A stretch of DNA of 64,000 nt, taken from positions 311,984,001 to 312,048,000 of the forward strand of contig OZ024741.1 of assembly GCA_964016885.1 (NCBI GenBank). Direction: 5' to 3'. This stretch comes from Eledone cirrhosa. Lineage: Eukaryota. Below, in pieces: positions 14,001 through 26,689 of this stretch. Numbering within the stretch: position 1 is the stretch's first letter; each line of letters opens with the position of its first letter. A program made the position numbers and the translations under genes. Under the pieces are notes generated by a model that saw only the letters and a program-made list of their open reading frames with translations, searched no databases and had not been told where the DNA came from.

Positions 14001-14550
14001 GCCTAGGTGCGAGGCACAACTGTGTGCGAGTAGAAGGGAAAGTTTTGGTATGAGTGAGGCCTCATAGCTCACCTACATCAGATATGGAGGGGACAGAAGA
14101 GAATATACAAGAGAAGGGGCTGCATGGAAGGGGACACACAAGAAAGTAGAAAGTTAGCAAATAAATAAATGAATGAATGGATGAATGTACAAAAAGAAAA
14201 CAAGCGGAAATATTGTTATTGTCACTGATGTTGGAGTTGGCTTCCTCTTGGTAATGGTAGTGGTATTGATTGCTGGTATGATGTTGGTGTATACACATAT
14301 ATGTTGTAGTGATTGTCACTGCTGCTGTCGTATTTTCACTCTTGTTAATGGTAGTGGTAGTTGATACTGATCCCTATTTCGGCTGCCAGGCTGGCTGTGG
14401 AGTTTTGAATGCCTTCTTTCACTGAAGATGCGGTTGATTGTTATTTTCACTGTTGCTGTCGTTGCCTTTCTCTTGTTAATGGTAGTAATAATTGTTGGTG
14501 CTACCTATTTCGGCTGTCAAGCTGGCTGCTGATCAGCTTCTAGATTTAGT
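11060..14550 (-). mobile_element. CRE-clade non-LTR retrotransposon (RT plus restriction-like endonuclease), near full length, frameshifted
   Basis: GI.PFAVGNVFRRLAAK, QLGVGVTGGCE, QQGDPLGS, WYLDD, SGVWLHALP, H.L.C..GQFPRH.ALN, KRPDG, VWDAT, EEAKLSKY, LFQRISL..LGNA; 5' region has a ~130-bp-period duplication (14313-14531). 5' boundary uncertain. Confidence 0.85.
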
Positions 14551-14599
14551 ATTATAAATTTATTTATTTATTTATTTATTTATGATACAGAATGGGAAG

Positions 14600-16350
14600 A
14601 GAAATAATCCTGGCATATTTTGTTCTGGCGTTGCAGATGAAACCGAGAGGAAGAAAGAGTAGAGATGTATTTTCCTGACATGTCCCGAAAAGATCCAAAA
14701 CGACTTATGTCTGGTAAAAGCACACAAATATTAGATGGTGCTCCTACACTAAACATAATTACAATATTTTGTAGTTGTTTCTTCTCTCAACTTCTAATAC
14801 TTGAGATGTATTATCATGTTAGCTGTCCACTACTAGTGAACTGATGTAACACCCCTTATAGTTCGAAAACCCTCCGGGCTACTCGAGCTGTTCCAACCAT
14901 TGTTGTGTTTTCTAAGCTTTCCATCTGTATTGCATTCCCATTTCTTTAATGTAGTTCTCAATATATTTACTCCATGTGCCCAAGCCTCCAACTATTATTG
15001 GTATTACCACCACTTTTTTTCAGTGATCACAACTGCCTATCTTCCTATGCAAACCTGTCATATCTATCAATGTTTTTTTCCTTCTTTACCGCATACCTTT
15101 TAATCAGCTTGACAAGCTATATATATATATATATATATATATCATCCAACACTGTTTGTTTTCTTTCTCAATTAATACAATATCTGGTCTTCTGTGATCA
15201 ATCTCATGGTCACATTGTATCACAAAGTCACCCAGAAACAGGCATTATTAATTTCAATAACGCCCTCATGGTTATGTTCCTACCGAATTTTTACTCTGTC
15301 AAGTGCATATTTGTATCAAGGTGCTCATCTACCTTCCATGCTATGTTGTCTTGACGTCTTTTATATATTCTTTCTGAGCTAGTGGTGCACATTGACAGTT
15401 GATATTTTAGACAGTTTCTCTATTCATGCCACAACTTCTACACTTAACACTTTCTGTTGTGTGGTCTACTCTATGCTTGATGTAGTTAGTTAATAGTGCT
15501 TGTTCTTGAACAGCACAGATTAAGGATGCTTTTTCCGGTTTTAGATAAATTTTAGACATCCATAACTAGCTTGTTTCCTCTGGCTGTCCTATCTTCAACA
15601 TTTCTATGGAATTTTCCACATATTCGTTTTTCTGACCATTTACTTTCAATGTCATCCACCCTCAAATGCTTGTACTAAGTTTTTTTTCTCTTTGTAAACT
15701 TCGAGTTTGTACAGCTGTTCGGTCGAATTTTTTACATACCACGCCAGGATAATTTCTTCTGATATAATGCTGTCTTGGCACCCCGTCAGTCCTCATCTTC
15801 TTCTTTCTCTTGTTACATATAATCTGTCTGTGTCACTCTTTCGGTGAAGTACCCCATATCTAGTCAATATCCTTCTTGTCTACCGTTCTATATAGTCCAC
15901 ATGATCGGCCCTGCTCCATATCTAAGGAGTGATATCGCCCATGAATTGATAAATTCAGTTTCGACTTGAGAATAAATCTCAGTCTGCCCACCTATTACAC
16001 CCTAAATTATTCTTTAATTTCCTCCTGCATTATTTTATCAATTCCAATATACATACGTACTAATAAACTTCCTCTTGTCTTTGCTTCACAAACTTTCAAG
16101 ATGCACGTACATTGATTCTACAATTATTCCAGTCAATAATTTCCACATACAGGTAGGCAGGTTGTCGGTCTACAATTGTCCACTGCATTTCCTTTAGTGA
16201 AATATCTATGAAGAAAAGTGTCCCTCTCTTTGTCAGACACTCCGGTATCACTTGGTCAGCATTTAGCTATATGATAAGTTATTCAGTTATTCGTTCATGG
16301 CTTTGACAAAATCTTTTAACCAAGTAGCTTCGAACTCCATCTAGACCAGG
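14600..16350 (-). mobile_element. Old, 5'-truncated R4/Dong-type RLE LINE
   Basis: Minus-strand PGLDGV, KGNAVDNCRPTTCL and terminal VVIPIIVGGLG; (AT)n insertion at ~15118-15142. Confidence 0.75.
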
Positions 16351-16355
16351 ACACA

Positions 16356-19300
16356 ATTATTATTAAGATGATGATTTAAAACTTGCTTTGAGTTCTGCTT
16401 CTTTCCAAATGAGGGTGGTGTGTATTCTTACAGAGATAGTGCTCTTCTCAATATATGCGCAGTACCAGTCAAAACAACTTTTGCACCTCTTGCAGAGAGA
16501 GTAAACAAGGGAATATTCTCAAATACTGTTCTGCTACTTTCTTGATCATTCTCAGTGCTCCCACAATCACTGGTATTGTAACGGCCTTGAGGTGCCACAT
16601 TTTGTTTCGATCAATTAGCAGATATTTATATTTTGTTAGCTTATCAAATTCTCTTGCCGCGATATTGTGATCACATGGGATGCTCATATCAATCAATAAA
16701 CACACCTTGTAATGTTGGTCTTTTATAATGATAGCTGATCTATTAGATTTCATGGTCCTGTCAGTATATAAAGGAAAATCCCTAAGAATTGTTAATTCTT
16801 CTCTTTAAGTTACAGCCACAGGGTGAGGTTGTCAGCAGTTTTGATTTTATAATGCCGACATACTACCCAATGCAGATATTGGCCACCTCTGTCATGTCTA
16901 TATTTGTACTCAACTGGGGCTAAAACTCTACATCCGGAAACTGGGTAGTCTATGGTTTCAAATTCAACATTGCAAATTCGGCACTTTGGATTTACTCAAT
17001 TTCCCATCACATTGGCCTGGTAATTTCTTGCCAGTAAGGTTTGATCTTGGGCAGGTATGATGAAGCCTTCGCTCTCTGTTTTTAGCTTTGAATTACGTAG
17101 CCACTGATGGGAATGCTTTTAGTCAACATCAGCTTGTTTGCTATGGGCCGCATATTTGCCATATAGAGGTTACTGCTCCCACTTTGAAGCTAATTGTTCT
17201 TGCCCTTTTGTTTTTGCCATTAATTTTATATGATTAGCAGCATCCGTTGCAACAGTTTCCTTAGTTGTGCATCCTTGGGATCACGCATGAGATCAGTAGC
17301 GTATTTTTTAATATCCTTCAAGATTTAATGAAGCTTCTTACTTCCCTCATGTTTTTCAACAGGTTTTTTTATACAGTCGTTTGATGTTACAAGCTATTTG
17401 GTCAGTCCAATAGTGGTGGACCTCAGACCTGCGCGTTCTATCCTGTAATATTCCTTCCTTTTCCTCTCTTTCATACTTGCATGCTGAATGCTAGAACCCT
17501 CATTAATCCCTAGGAATTTATAGGTTTGTTCCTGCTCAAGTTCCTTTATGAATGTTTCAGCATCTAATTCAACTGAGTTTGAGTTGACAAGCTTCCCCTT
17601 TTTGAAAGTGGCTTTGGCACACTTATGAAGTTCAAACTCCATTCTGGTGTCATCACTAAATCTTTTTACTGTCGGCAATGTCTTTGCAATATAGCTTTAA
17701 TTCATCCACATAGAATAGGTGGCTTATTTTCTTGTTGCCAATTTTGGAACCATATCCTGTTCTATTATATTCGGATGTATTGGGTATTGAAGCTATGCAA
17801 AACAGTTGGGGTGAAAGTGAGTCACCTTGGAAAATGCCACATTTGGTGATTATATTCTTAGAATTTTAGTACTCCATAGGAATGATATAATTGGAGGTTT
17901 GTGTTCCACAATGCCATATTGTGTTTTAGGAAATTTGAAATCATAGGTGAGATTTTAAAGATGTCCAGTTATTTCAGAATCTATGAGTGTGGTATGCTGT
18001 CGAAAGCTTTTTTGTAAAGGATCCGTGCGAAACTGACATTTCTGCATTCATTATAACAGTTCTCAAGGATCATACGTCTAATCATGAGTTGACCTTTACG
18101 ACCATATGAAGCTCGTCAATACCCTTTTTGTTCAATGCGAAAAAAACTATTCTCTATAAATACATATGCTTTTTCCATGCGAATAGAGGGTAATACCTTA
18201 CAAGTAGTGGGAAAGCAGGTTATGGGCCGATGCTTTTTTTTCTCCTTAGTTTCATTGTTACTTGGGAGAATCTAAGTAATGTCACTTGCTATCTAGTCAA
18301 GTATTGCTTTTTTATCTTTCATAATTCCGTTGAACAGATTGACTAATATATTGTGAATAAACGGGAGCGAGGAAAGCCAGAAATAGGGCACCCTGTCTCT
18401 ACCAGGAGAGTTCCACTTATGAGCTTTATTGAGTGTCATCCTTAAGTCTGCTATAGAGATGCAATCCCATGCTTGTTCTTGTAAATTTGTGTAGGATTTT
18501 TCCAAGCGACTAATCCAATCTATGTTAGCATTATAATTCTTCTCATCACCCCAAACGTTTTCAACTTCTTCTATGGAAGGGGAGTCTTCAATAATTATTT
18601 TCTTCACTATTCCTCTATAAAATGACTTCGCATTGGATGTGAACAATTTATTTTGCCGGAAGAAATTCTTTCGCTTCTTGAATCTACGAATTCGTTGGGT
18701 TTTCACTTGGTCGTTTTGCTTCAGAGTTTTTCTCTAGAAGAAAGTTCATATTTACTCTTTAGCTTTCTGCCCCTCCTGGATCTTATATCATTTCTAGTGA
18801 TTAGCTCATTCAGTAAACATATTTCCCTCCTCTCATAAGGTTAATCTCGTTTTCAATTCTACTTCTCCAAATTGGTTTACTTCTCAGGTTAGACTTTCTT
18901 TGTATTTTTGGTGGTAAACAACTTGTTTCAATTACTCGAGCAGATCCATAAATGATTTCATTTAACCCAGTAAGATTAGGTTCTAATTCTTCTATGATTT
19001 CTTTTGTTACAGAATTACTAATCATTATTTGTTTTGGATTGTATTTGGTAGTTTTTGAAGTGATTCTCTATCATTTCTACTAGTCTTACAACTGCAAGCT
19101 CATTCAGTATTTTCTGTTTCAATTCCTTCATAGACTCTCTGTGTTCTTCCGAAAAAAGTTTGGTCTTCAAGTACTGTTTCTTTGCTCCATTCCTGTCTCT
19201 TTTCAGCAAGTTCAATACGACTTTTCTATAGGACATTTCTACAAACCTATTTGAAATTTGTTCAGATGGTTGTCTTTCGATAAAGACTTGTGGCTGATTA

Positions 19301-20080
19301 GTATCTCCAGGAGATTCTTCAGATTTTTCATGAATTATATATATGTCATTCTCCACAGCATGCTTGATCGCAGTTATTTCAGTGTCTGTGAGTATATTAT
19401 TTCTGAAAATAACCGTCCTGACATTTGCTAACTTATTTTCATCCAGATAACGTCTGCTAGCTCAATTTCGTGTTTTCCAAATTTTGTGAGAGTTTGCGGT
19501 GTATCTGCCTTGTGATGGCTTATCTAATGCATAGTAATATGCGTATATTACTTATTTATACACTTCTTGGGTTCATTTCATCTTTTTACATTTTCTTTTT
19601 GAGCTTGTTTTGGTGGGGGAGGTGGTGAGGGGGGCAGCTTGAGTAGGGACAATCTCCGTTCAAGTGAACATCTAGGAGAAGAGTTTGTACCAGAGGAAGA
19701 CGTTTCCATCTGAAGTTCGCACCTTCCTGAAGGACGCGCTTTCTGATTAACCATAGAACAAGCGATTTGGTGTTTTGTATTAATTTTTATTTGTTTTCCC
19801 GCAATTCATGCTTGCGTTAACCATGGAGTTGATAGTCCTTGGAGTGTTGCTCGGCTCTTTGTGTAGTGCATTGGGTAGCTATCAGTGAAATCATTATCAC
19901 CATTGTAACAACAATATAGTTATGGCCATTGCAATTGTTGATTGAGGTGATGTTGTGATGGTTGCTGCTGTAAGATGTGTAAGAGAATTTTCTCAACTGT
20001 TCCTGTTGTAAGAATGGTGTTGGTGGTGGTAGTGGGGAGATTGATGTTGGAGGTGAGGGTTTTAGGAGTGGTAGGAGTGG
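16356..20080 (-). mobile_element. Near full-length decayed R4/Dong-type RLE LINE
   Basis: N-terminal DENKLANV..I..NN domain, WRSRIE, FRQNKLF, WNSPGRD, FSDDTRMEF.LHKCAK, YKFLGI, CLLIDMSIP..KLTKY..IPVIVGAL; 3' end abuts an ATT tract at ~16355. Confidence 0.85.
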
Positions 20081-20086
20081 TAGTGG

Positions 20087-20290
20087 TCAAGTCAGAGGGT
20101 GATTCGTTGCTTACGGTGTGTGGGCTGGTTGCTAGAAAGCGCAGCCCAATATTTGACTTTGTTTAATTGGTGTATATGTAAATCTTTATAGTTAATAATC
20201 TCCCATAAGGTACATAGGCACTATTGGGCTGCGCTTTCTAGTAACCAACCCACTCGCCGTAAGCAACCAATCACACTCTTTCTGACTTGA
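20087..20290. repeat. ~65-bp inverted repeat pair with ~70-bp spacer
   Basis: 20087-20151 is the imperfect reverse complement of 20222-20290. Confidence 0.85.
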
Positions 20291-20569
20291 GCACTGCCAC
20301 GTCACAATTCTTAGCCATTTTGAATTCGTGTTTGGTGGGGGCCGCTTCAGAAAATAATCTGTTCTAGCAGGTTTGTCTCCTGACGAGTTCGAAGCTCGAT
20401 ATTTATCCTTAATAGGATATCTCAAAATGCGAACGACCCCAAAGGTAGGGACATTATCCTGGTATGTATAGAAGCATTTCTAACTTAAATTTTATACCTA
20501 ATAGTGTATGGTTGACCGAATATTTAATCGATTTCCACGTGCTGTTGAAATGTTGGGTAAATATTATCT

Positions 20570-20740
20570 GGCGGTTGGCCGCGAAGAGATTGCTGTCGTT
20601 TATTTATTTACTGTTTCTTCATAGGTGCTATTTAATCTTATAGCCTGGTCTAATTGATTTTTTGTGCGGTTAATTATGCTAATTGGTAGAGGAAATGATG
20701 TATATATATTATCAAATGATTCTAGGGACATACTTTATAG
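20570..20740 (-). repeat. Inverted copy of the repeat at 3652-3830
   Basis: Reverse-complement match; abuts (TA)n. Confidence 0.8.
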
Positions 20741-20773
20741 TATATATATATATATATATATATTTTATAGAAG

Positions 20774-20826
20774 GAGCTTCTACAGGACTAGTACTGTTTC
20801 ATTCAGATGAAATCTTCAGGAAGCTC
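20774..20826 (-). ncRNA. Imperfect minimal hammerhead-like motif between (TA)n tracts
   Basis: Minus strand: GAGCTTC CTGAAGA T TTC ATCT GAA T GAAAC AGTACT A GTC CTGTA GAAGCTC; core boxes present, but stem II closes with U.U and stem I is offset by 5 nt. Confidence 0.45.
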
Positions 20827-20857
<31 letters not shown>

Positions 20858-21308
20858 TACAAATACACATACTTGCATATATCTATATATCTATATATAT
20901 ACACTAGCACACACGCATATGTATATATATATATATATATACACACGCACACACATTTATACACACACATACACACGCAAATATACATACACGCATATAC
21001 ATACACATATATACACAGACGCATAGAACTATAAGACTACATTCACACACCCCAGGCACATACCTACACATACGTACACGACTGTATAATATATACATGC
21101 ACATACGTACATATGTAATATGTTAATAAATTGTGTTTTGATTCATCTCTGATTGCTCGTTATCTATAATAATATACTCATATATTATATCTATAATATA
21201 CTCATATATATATATGAGTATATTATTTTAGGTTTGTTTGTTCACCACTGGATAGAACTGGTCATTCCGTATGGTCCACCTCGATGTAATATTATGGAGA
21301 GCTCTGAA

Positions 21309-21508
21309 NNNNNNNNNNNNNNNNNNNNNNNNNNNNNNNNNNNNNNNNNNNNNNNNNNNNNNNNNNNNNNNNNNNNNNNNNNNNNNNNNNNNNNNNNNNN
21401 NNNNNNNNNNNNNNNNNNNNNNNNNNNNNNNNNNNNNNNNNNNNNNNNNNNNNNNNNNNNNNNNNNNNNNNNNNNNNNNNNNNNNNNNNNNNNNNNNNNN
21501 NNNNNNNN
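21309..21508. other. Assembly gap (200 N)
   Basis: Directly visible. Confidence 1.
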
Positions 21509-21509
21509 A

Positions 21510-21672
21510 AGAGCGACAGAGAGAGTAAAGCAGTTAAATTAAAGAGAGGGGGAATGATCTATTATATAGAGAGGGAGAGCAACGGGGAGAGTAAAGCTAA
21601 GAAACTATAGGGAGGTGTGTAGGATACATACATACATAATACACGCGGCACTCAGCTTTATAATATTATAGA
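21510..21672 (-). mobile_element. Helitron-like 5' terminus running into the gap
   Basis: Minus strand A|TCTATAATATTATAAAGCTGA..(GTAT)n, the same architecture as the terminus at ~22790. Confidence 0.5.
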
Positions 21673-21899
21673 TTGTAGTATAAGACATTGTTATATATCG
21701 TTATTTAAAAAAATAAATTATTATTTATTACATAAATGATTACGCAACGTATACCGGCATTTTATATTTTTTCAGGTTCCCCCTCCACTCCAGTGCAAAG
21801 ATACCGCATGCCCTCTCAAGTCGGCAAGGGGGGGGGGGGCGTTAACGTGCTCTGATGTTGAGTTTGAATAGTTTTTTAGGATTCCCCAGTTCAGCAGCC

Positions 21900-22793
21900 A
21901 GTACGTTAAAGAAAATTGATAGTTACAACAATAAAGGCTGAACAGAGAACACATTTTTTAACAAACTTTACAATAATTTGTACAACCATAATGGAAATTC
22001 CAAGTAACAGAAAATACGTAAATTACATTGTTAGAGCCTCAGAGTATACAATATATTTTGTTCGGCCCTCGGGAGAAAAAATAAAGAGATTCTTTCGTGA
22101 GCTCACCCTAGAGCATCCTACATACAATTGACCATGGGAGAAGCATGGTTTTCCCAGATGAAGGCCAGCCATTTTTGGGGTTTGACCCTGAGTTTGTTGA
22201 TGGAATCGCGACGCTTATTCTCTCTGTTGCTCAAGTAACATTTTTTCTTCTGGAAAATCTGATCTTGCGGACAAGCTGGGACTTTTTGGGTGGCATATCG
22301 GCAGTAGCAATGACGATAAGCCGCCTGGGAAATCAATCTGTGAACGCAGAAGTAAATATTTCGTAAAACAGTGCAACCGAGGGATAACAGGAAGGTGATA
22401 CTTCGGTTCGTGAAGACAGACATATATTATCAGCATGCGATGTTATAGCTATGTATCTAATGCAGACAGACAGACATCCAGAGACATATTATAAGGGCGC
22501 AACGTTATAGCTATGTATCTATCTAAAAAGACAGACTAAGAAAGAGAGGGGAATGTCGTATAACCGGAAGTGTTGACATTTGAACATTTTAAAGAAGTGA
22601 ATACTTAAATAAATGATAACATATCTTTAATCTTTTAAAGAAATTTAGAAGAAAAAATTACCCTCACTTTCTTACTTGGTAAAAGTTACATCTATGGTGC
22701 AAACTTGGTGCTGTTTGGTGCAGCCGTTTGGCGAAAGGTTTGTTACATACATACGGCCGTCAGCTTCATAATATAGATATATAGATATATAGA
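21900..22793 (-). mobile_element. Non-autonomous Helitron remnant
   Basis: 5' TCTATA..TATTATGAAGCTGA..(GTAT)n..AAACGGCTGCACC..CCAAGTTTGCAC; contains the RepHel helicase C-terminus; 3' end not located. Confidence 0.7.
22023..22204 (-). pseudogene. C-terminus of Helitron RepHel PIF1-family helicase (absent from the ORF track)
   Basis: Manual translation INK(frameshift)QGQTPKMAGLHLGKPCFSHGQLYVGCSRVSSRKNLFIFSPEGRTKYIVYSEALTM*; matches the TINKSQGQT..FSHGQLYVA.SRV..T.N.VY.E motif. Confidence 0.9.
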
Positions 22794-23744
22794 CATAGAA
22801 TTATAAATGAGCGTAAGATAGATCAAGCAATAATATATATGAATTTTATACATATACTTTAAGAATGTGAAAGTAATTATATGTTTTAATGTAAAGATGT
22901 ATAGTATTATGCATAATCTATTATTGCATATGGTTAGTAAAACGGCTCTTTTCAGTTTTAACGTTATCCTCATTAGCTTCAGTGTTGAACATTTGTACAT
23001 CTCTATTCACTATCGTCACTGAAGATATGTCACTATCTTAACACCAATTATTATATTTTATCTCACGAAAGCTTAGTTAAATATTAGTACACTTGAAATA
23101 TGTATAATAAAATAAATAGGGTTTTATAAAGATATTTTCCATTTATTAATATTATTGATATTAATGATACTCCGGATAAATATTGTTGAGTGCTTCTAAT
23201 CTGTCGTAAAATTAACTTTGTTGAATAATAAACGAACCAAATGAATCATTGTTTATATGTATATATATACATATATTTTTCCTTCCTTTACGTTGCTTCA
23301 CCCTTCGTGTCGCTTTACATGCCCCCCCCCCCCCCCCCTTTGTTTCATCCCAATAACTTATTTTAGTTATTGTTCGCCCTAGGCTGGGGTATCTTGTCTC
23401 GAACGCGAAGAAATACCTATGATTCCTAGCAGACAACTGACGATGGATATTTTTTCAAAAAATTCTAATTTACTCCAGAAATAGCCGTCGAGACGGCTTG
23501 AGCTCTGCTGTAGGAGTTTAACATTTATTACCCACTCTACTACCCTAAGTATTGAGTACTCCGGTGCGTTATGGTCCATCTGGTTCCTTACCACACTTCC
23601 TTCGTTATATATATATGTATATATAATGTTTCTACATTTGGAATAAGGCTGCAATTATCTCAGTGCATTACTGGTACTTTACTTTATCGACACCGTAATG
23701 ATGAAAGGCAAAGTTAATAATAATGATGTGACGGACCCAACATA

Positions 23745-23892
23745 TTTGTCAACGCCAGGACCAGTTGTATCTCAGCGTACTCCATGGGCAATGTAAGATA
23801 CATTCCCAGAGTATACACATAGTTATTCGCTTCAATACAACATACGTAAAACGGGTGCCTATAATAGTTCCCGGACTCGAGTTTCGGCCGCA
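23745..23892. repeat. Unclassified repeat, copy 1 (others at ~24890-25050 direct and 25481-25568 inverted)
   Basis: GTATCTCAGCGTACTCCATGGGCAATG.AAGATACATTCC.AGAGTATACACATAGTTATTCGC core in all three. Confidence 0.85.
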
Positions 23893-24458
23893 CCAATGCC
23901 GCAGTAAGGTGCACTGCACCATCCGTCTGCATATATTATGCAACGATGCACAATCGGCTTATGCGGCTTCATCAGCGAGTATCGCCTAATCAATAACCAA
24001 TCGATCGATAGAATCCAAACACCAGCCCATGCCGGTCATGACTGTTTGTGACAACCGACACGGTAAAGCGATTAGCAACTAGCACCCGATACAACTCTAT
24101 CTCTCGACCGGCCACCGATTTACAAATTTTACGTGGTGGCGGGAGACTAGAAAACCAATATTTTGGTTCCCGTCGAAAGCCCTCAGCCAACGTGTCACAC
24201 ACAAACTATTAAGAGCTGAAAAGATGACTATTAGAAATAGCAGTCCACAGTCCATGTATAATAGAATAGTAGCATTCGGCTCATGTCTCCAACTCATATG
24301 GCTAGAGTAAAGCGAGAGTAACAATGGTAGTGCCAATAACCTTTAACAGACTTTAAATGCGATCATACACTATAGAGCAATAGTGTAGCGAGCTGAAATG
24401 TGTCAGCCGCGTGCGTAGATAACCAGTCTATTTCACAACTTAAGAGAGATTCAATAAT

Positions 24459-24630
24459 TGTTTCTACTTTAGGCACAAGGCCAGCAATTACCAGTGCATT
24501 ACTGGTACTTTATTTTATCGACCCCGTAAGGATGAAAGGCAAAGTCAACCTCGGCGGGATTTGAACTCAGATGGTAAAGGGACGTAACTATGCTGGAAAG
24601 CATGGCGTCCGACCCTCTACCGATACTGCC
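24459..24630 (-). mobile_element. Full-length tRNA-derived SINE
   Basis: Minus strand GGCAGTATCGG (A-box-like), GAGTTCAAATCC (B box), tail CCTTGTGCCTAAAGTAGAAACAATTATT. Confidence 0.9.
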
Positions 24631-24702
24631 AATCCACTTCAATAATAGCAGGAAAATAGAGCGCAATATCAAAACAAAAACAATATTGGGAGTTAATAAG
24701 AA

Positions 24703-24876
24703 TTGTTTCTACTTTTGGCACAAGGCCAGCAAAGACTCAGTACATTACTGGTACTTTATTTTATCGACCCCGTAAGGATGTAAGGCAAAGTTAACCTGGA
24801 CGGGATTTGAACTCAGACCGTAAAGGGACATAAATATAGTAGAAAGATTGGCGTCCAACCATGTACCGATACTGCC
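24703..24876 (-). mobile_element. Full-length tRNA-derived SINE
   Basis: Aligns end to end with 24459-24630. Confidence 0.9.
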
Positions 24877-24889
24877 AATAAGGATTTGT

Positions 24890-25680
<791 letters not shown>

Positions 25681-25929
25681 CACCTATTCAATACAGGTAG
25701 TAGGGTGGTTTGTAGCAGGTTCCTTATGTTTGAAGGTCAGTGACTTTAATCTGTAAATAGATTGGAGGTTGAATTATGTGTGTCTAAATGAGGTGGAGGG
25801 GAGGGATTTGGCGAAAAATGTGGTGATGGTAGCAGAGAATTGTATCTCTAGTGAAACAGAGAGTTGTATCTCTTTTATATGTTTGTTTTCTTTTCAAATT
25901 TTGTATTTAGCCATTTGTATTAAGTCAAT

Positions 25930-26654
25930 TAGAATGATTAAAATGCAACCGGGTGTAAATAAAAAATAAACAACGATTGCATTGAGAAAATATATAAAAA
26001 AACATTTACGCAAATTTTGCCACGTGCAGACGTAGAGTTCCCGCCTTTGCCAATGTCTACAGGTGTTAGGGCTGCCATCTCCACCACCACAATGTCGAAG
26101 AGTACGTCGAATACCAGTGATACCACCAACACCACTACAACCACCACAGCAACTGAAATAAAAAGATTATATCGGGATAACAAAATGGATTCTCCCACTA
26201 GAATCTTCTACATCGAACAACCACCACCACAGCAGCAACTGAAACAAAAATAATAATAACAAAAATAACAATAACAGCAAAAGCAACAATAAGAATAACA
26301 ACAGCAACACCAACACCAGCGCTAAACCATATGTGTCTTTTGCTAATGTTTGCGATCAAGAACAAAACGATTGAGGTAAACCAGGAAGAACTGAATGGGG
26401 TCAGGCGAATGGTGAAGAAAAATGGCTACAGGCTGAGCCTCACACCCACATCAAATACCATGCAACATCACCGCCTATGTACTGTATCATTCCGCTCAAT
26501 GCCCCAATCTTTTTGAGTGTCCTTTTCAAATAACAATGTATGTGCACTTATATACAGTTAACAATAAAAGTTTTCCATAAATGGCAATTTAAATAACTGA
26601 AAATAACAAACCTTTGCGGAGCTCACGATAATACGATTTACTACGTAGGTCGCC
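25930..26654. mobile_element. Rearranged 5' end of a Tx1 family B element: 5'UTR on minus (26500-26654), ORF1 start inverted on plus (~25980-26500)
   Basis: 26500-26654 nearly equals 50026-50179; the plus strand encodes QEELNGVRRMVKKNGY..MQHHRLCTV, homologous to QEELDEAKGMVKKDGY..MEQRRLCTV on minus at ~49390-49520. Confidence 0.8.

Positions 26655-26687
<33 letters not shown>

Positions 26688-26689
<2 letters not shown>

Noticed and set aside
20683-21104. Host protein-coding ORFs here and at 1105, 3508, 25491, 30688, 35083 and 61795-62320
   Set aside because: Low-complexity translations of microsatellites or antisense frames of TE ORF1
21153-21542. ORFs spanning 21309-21508
   Set aside because: Artefacts of the N gap
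24459-24876. tRNA genes
   Set aside because: A/B-box-like motifs are SINE heads; no cloverleaf or acceptor stem, and each continues into a repeat body and ATT tail
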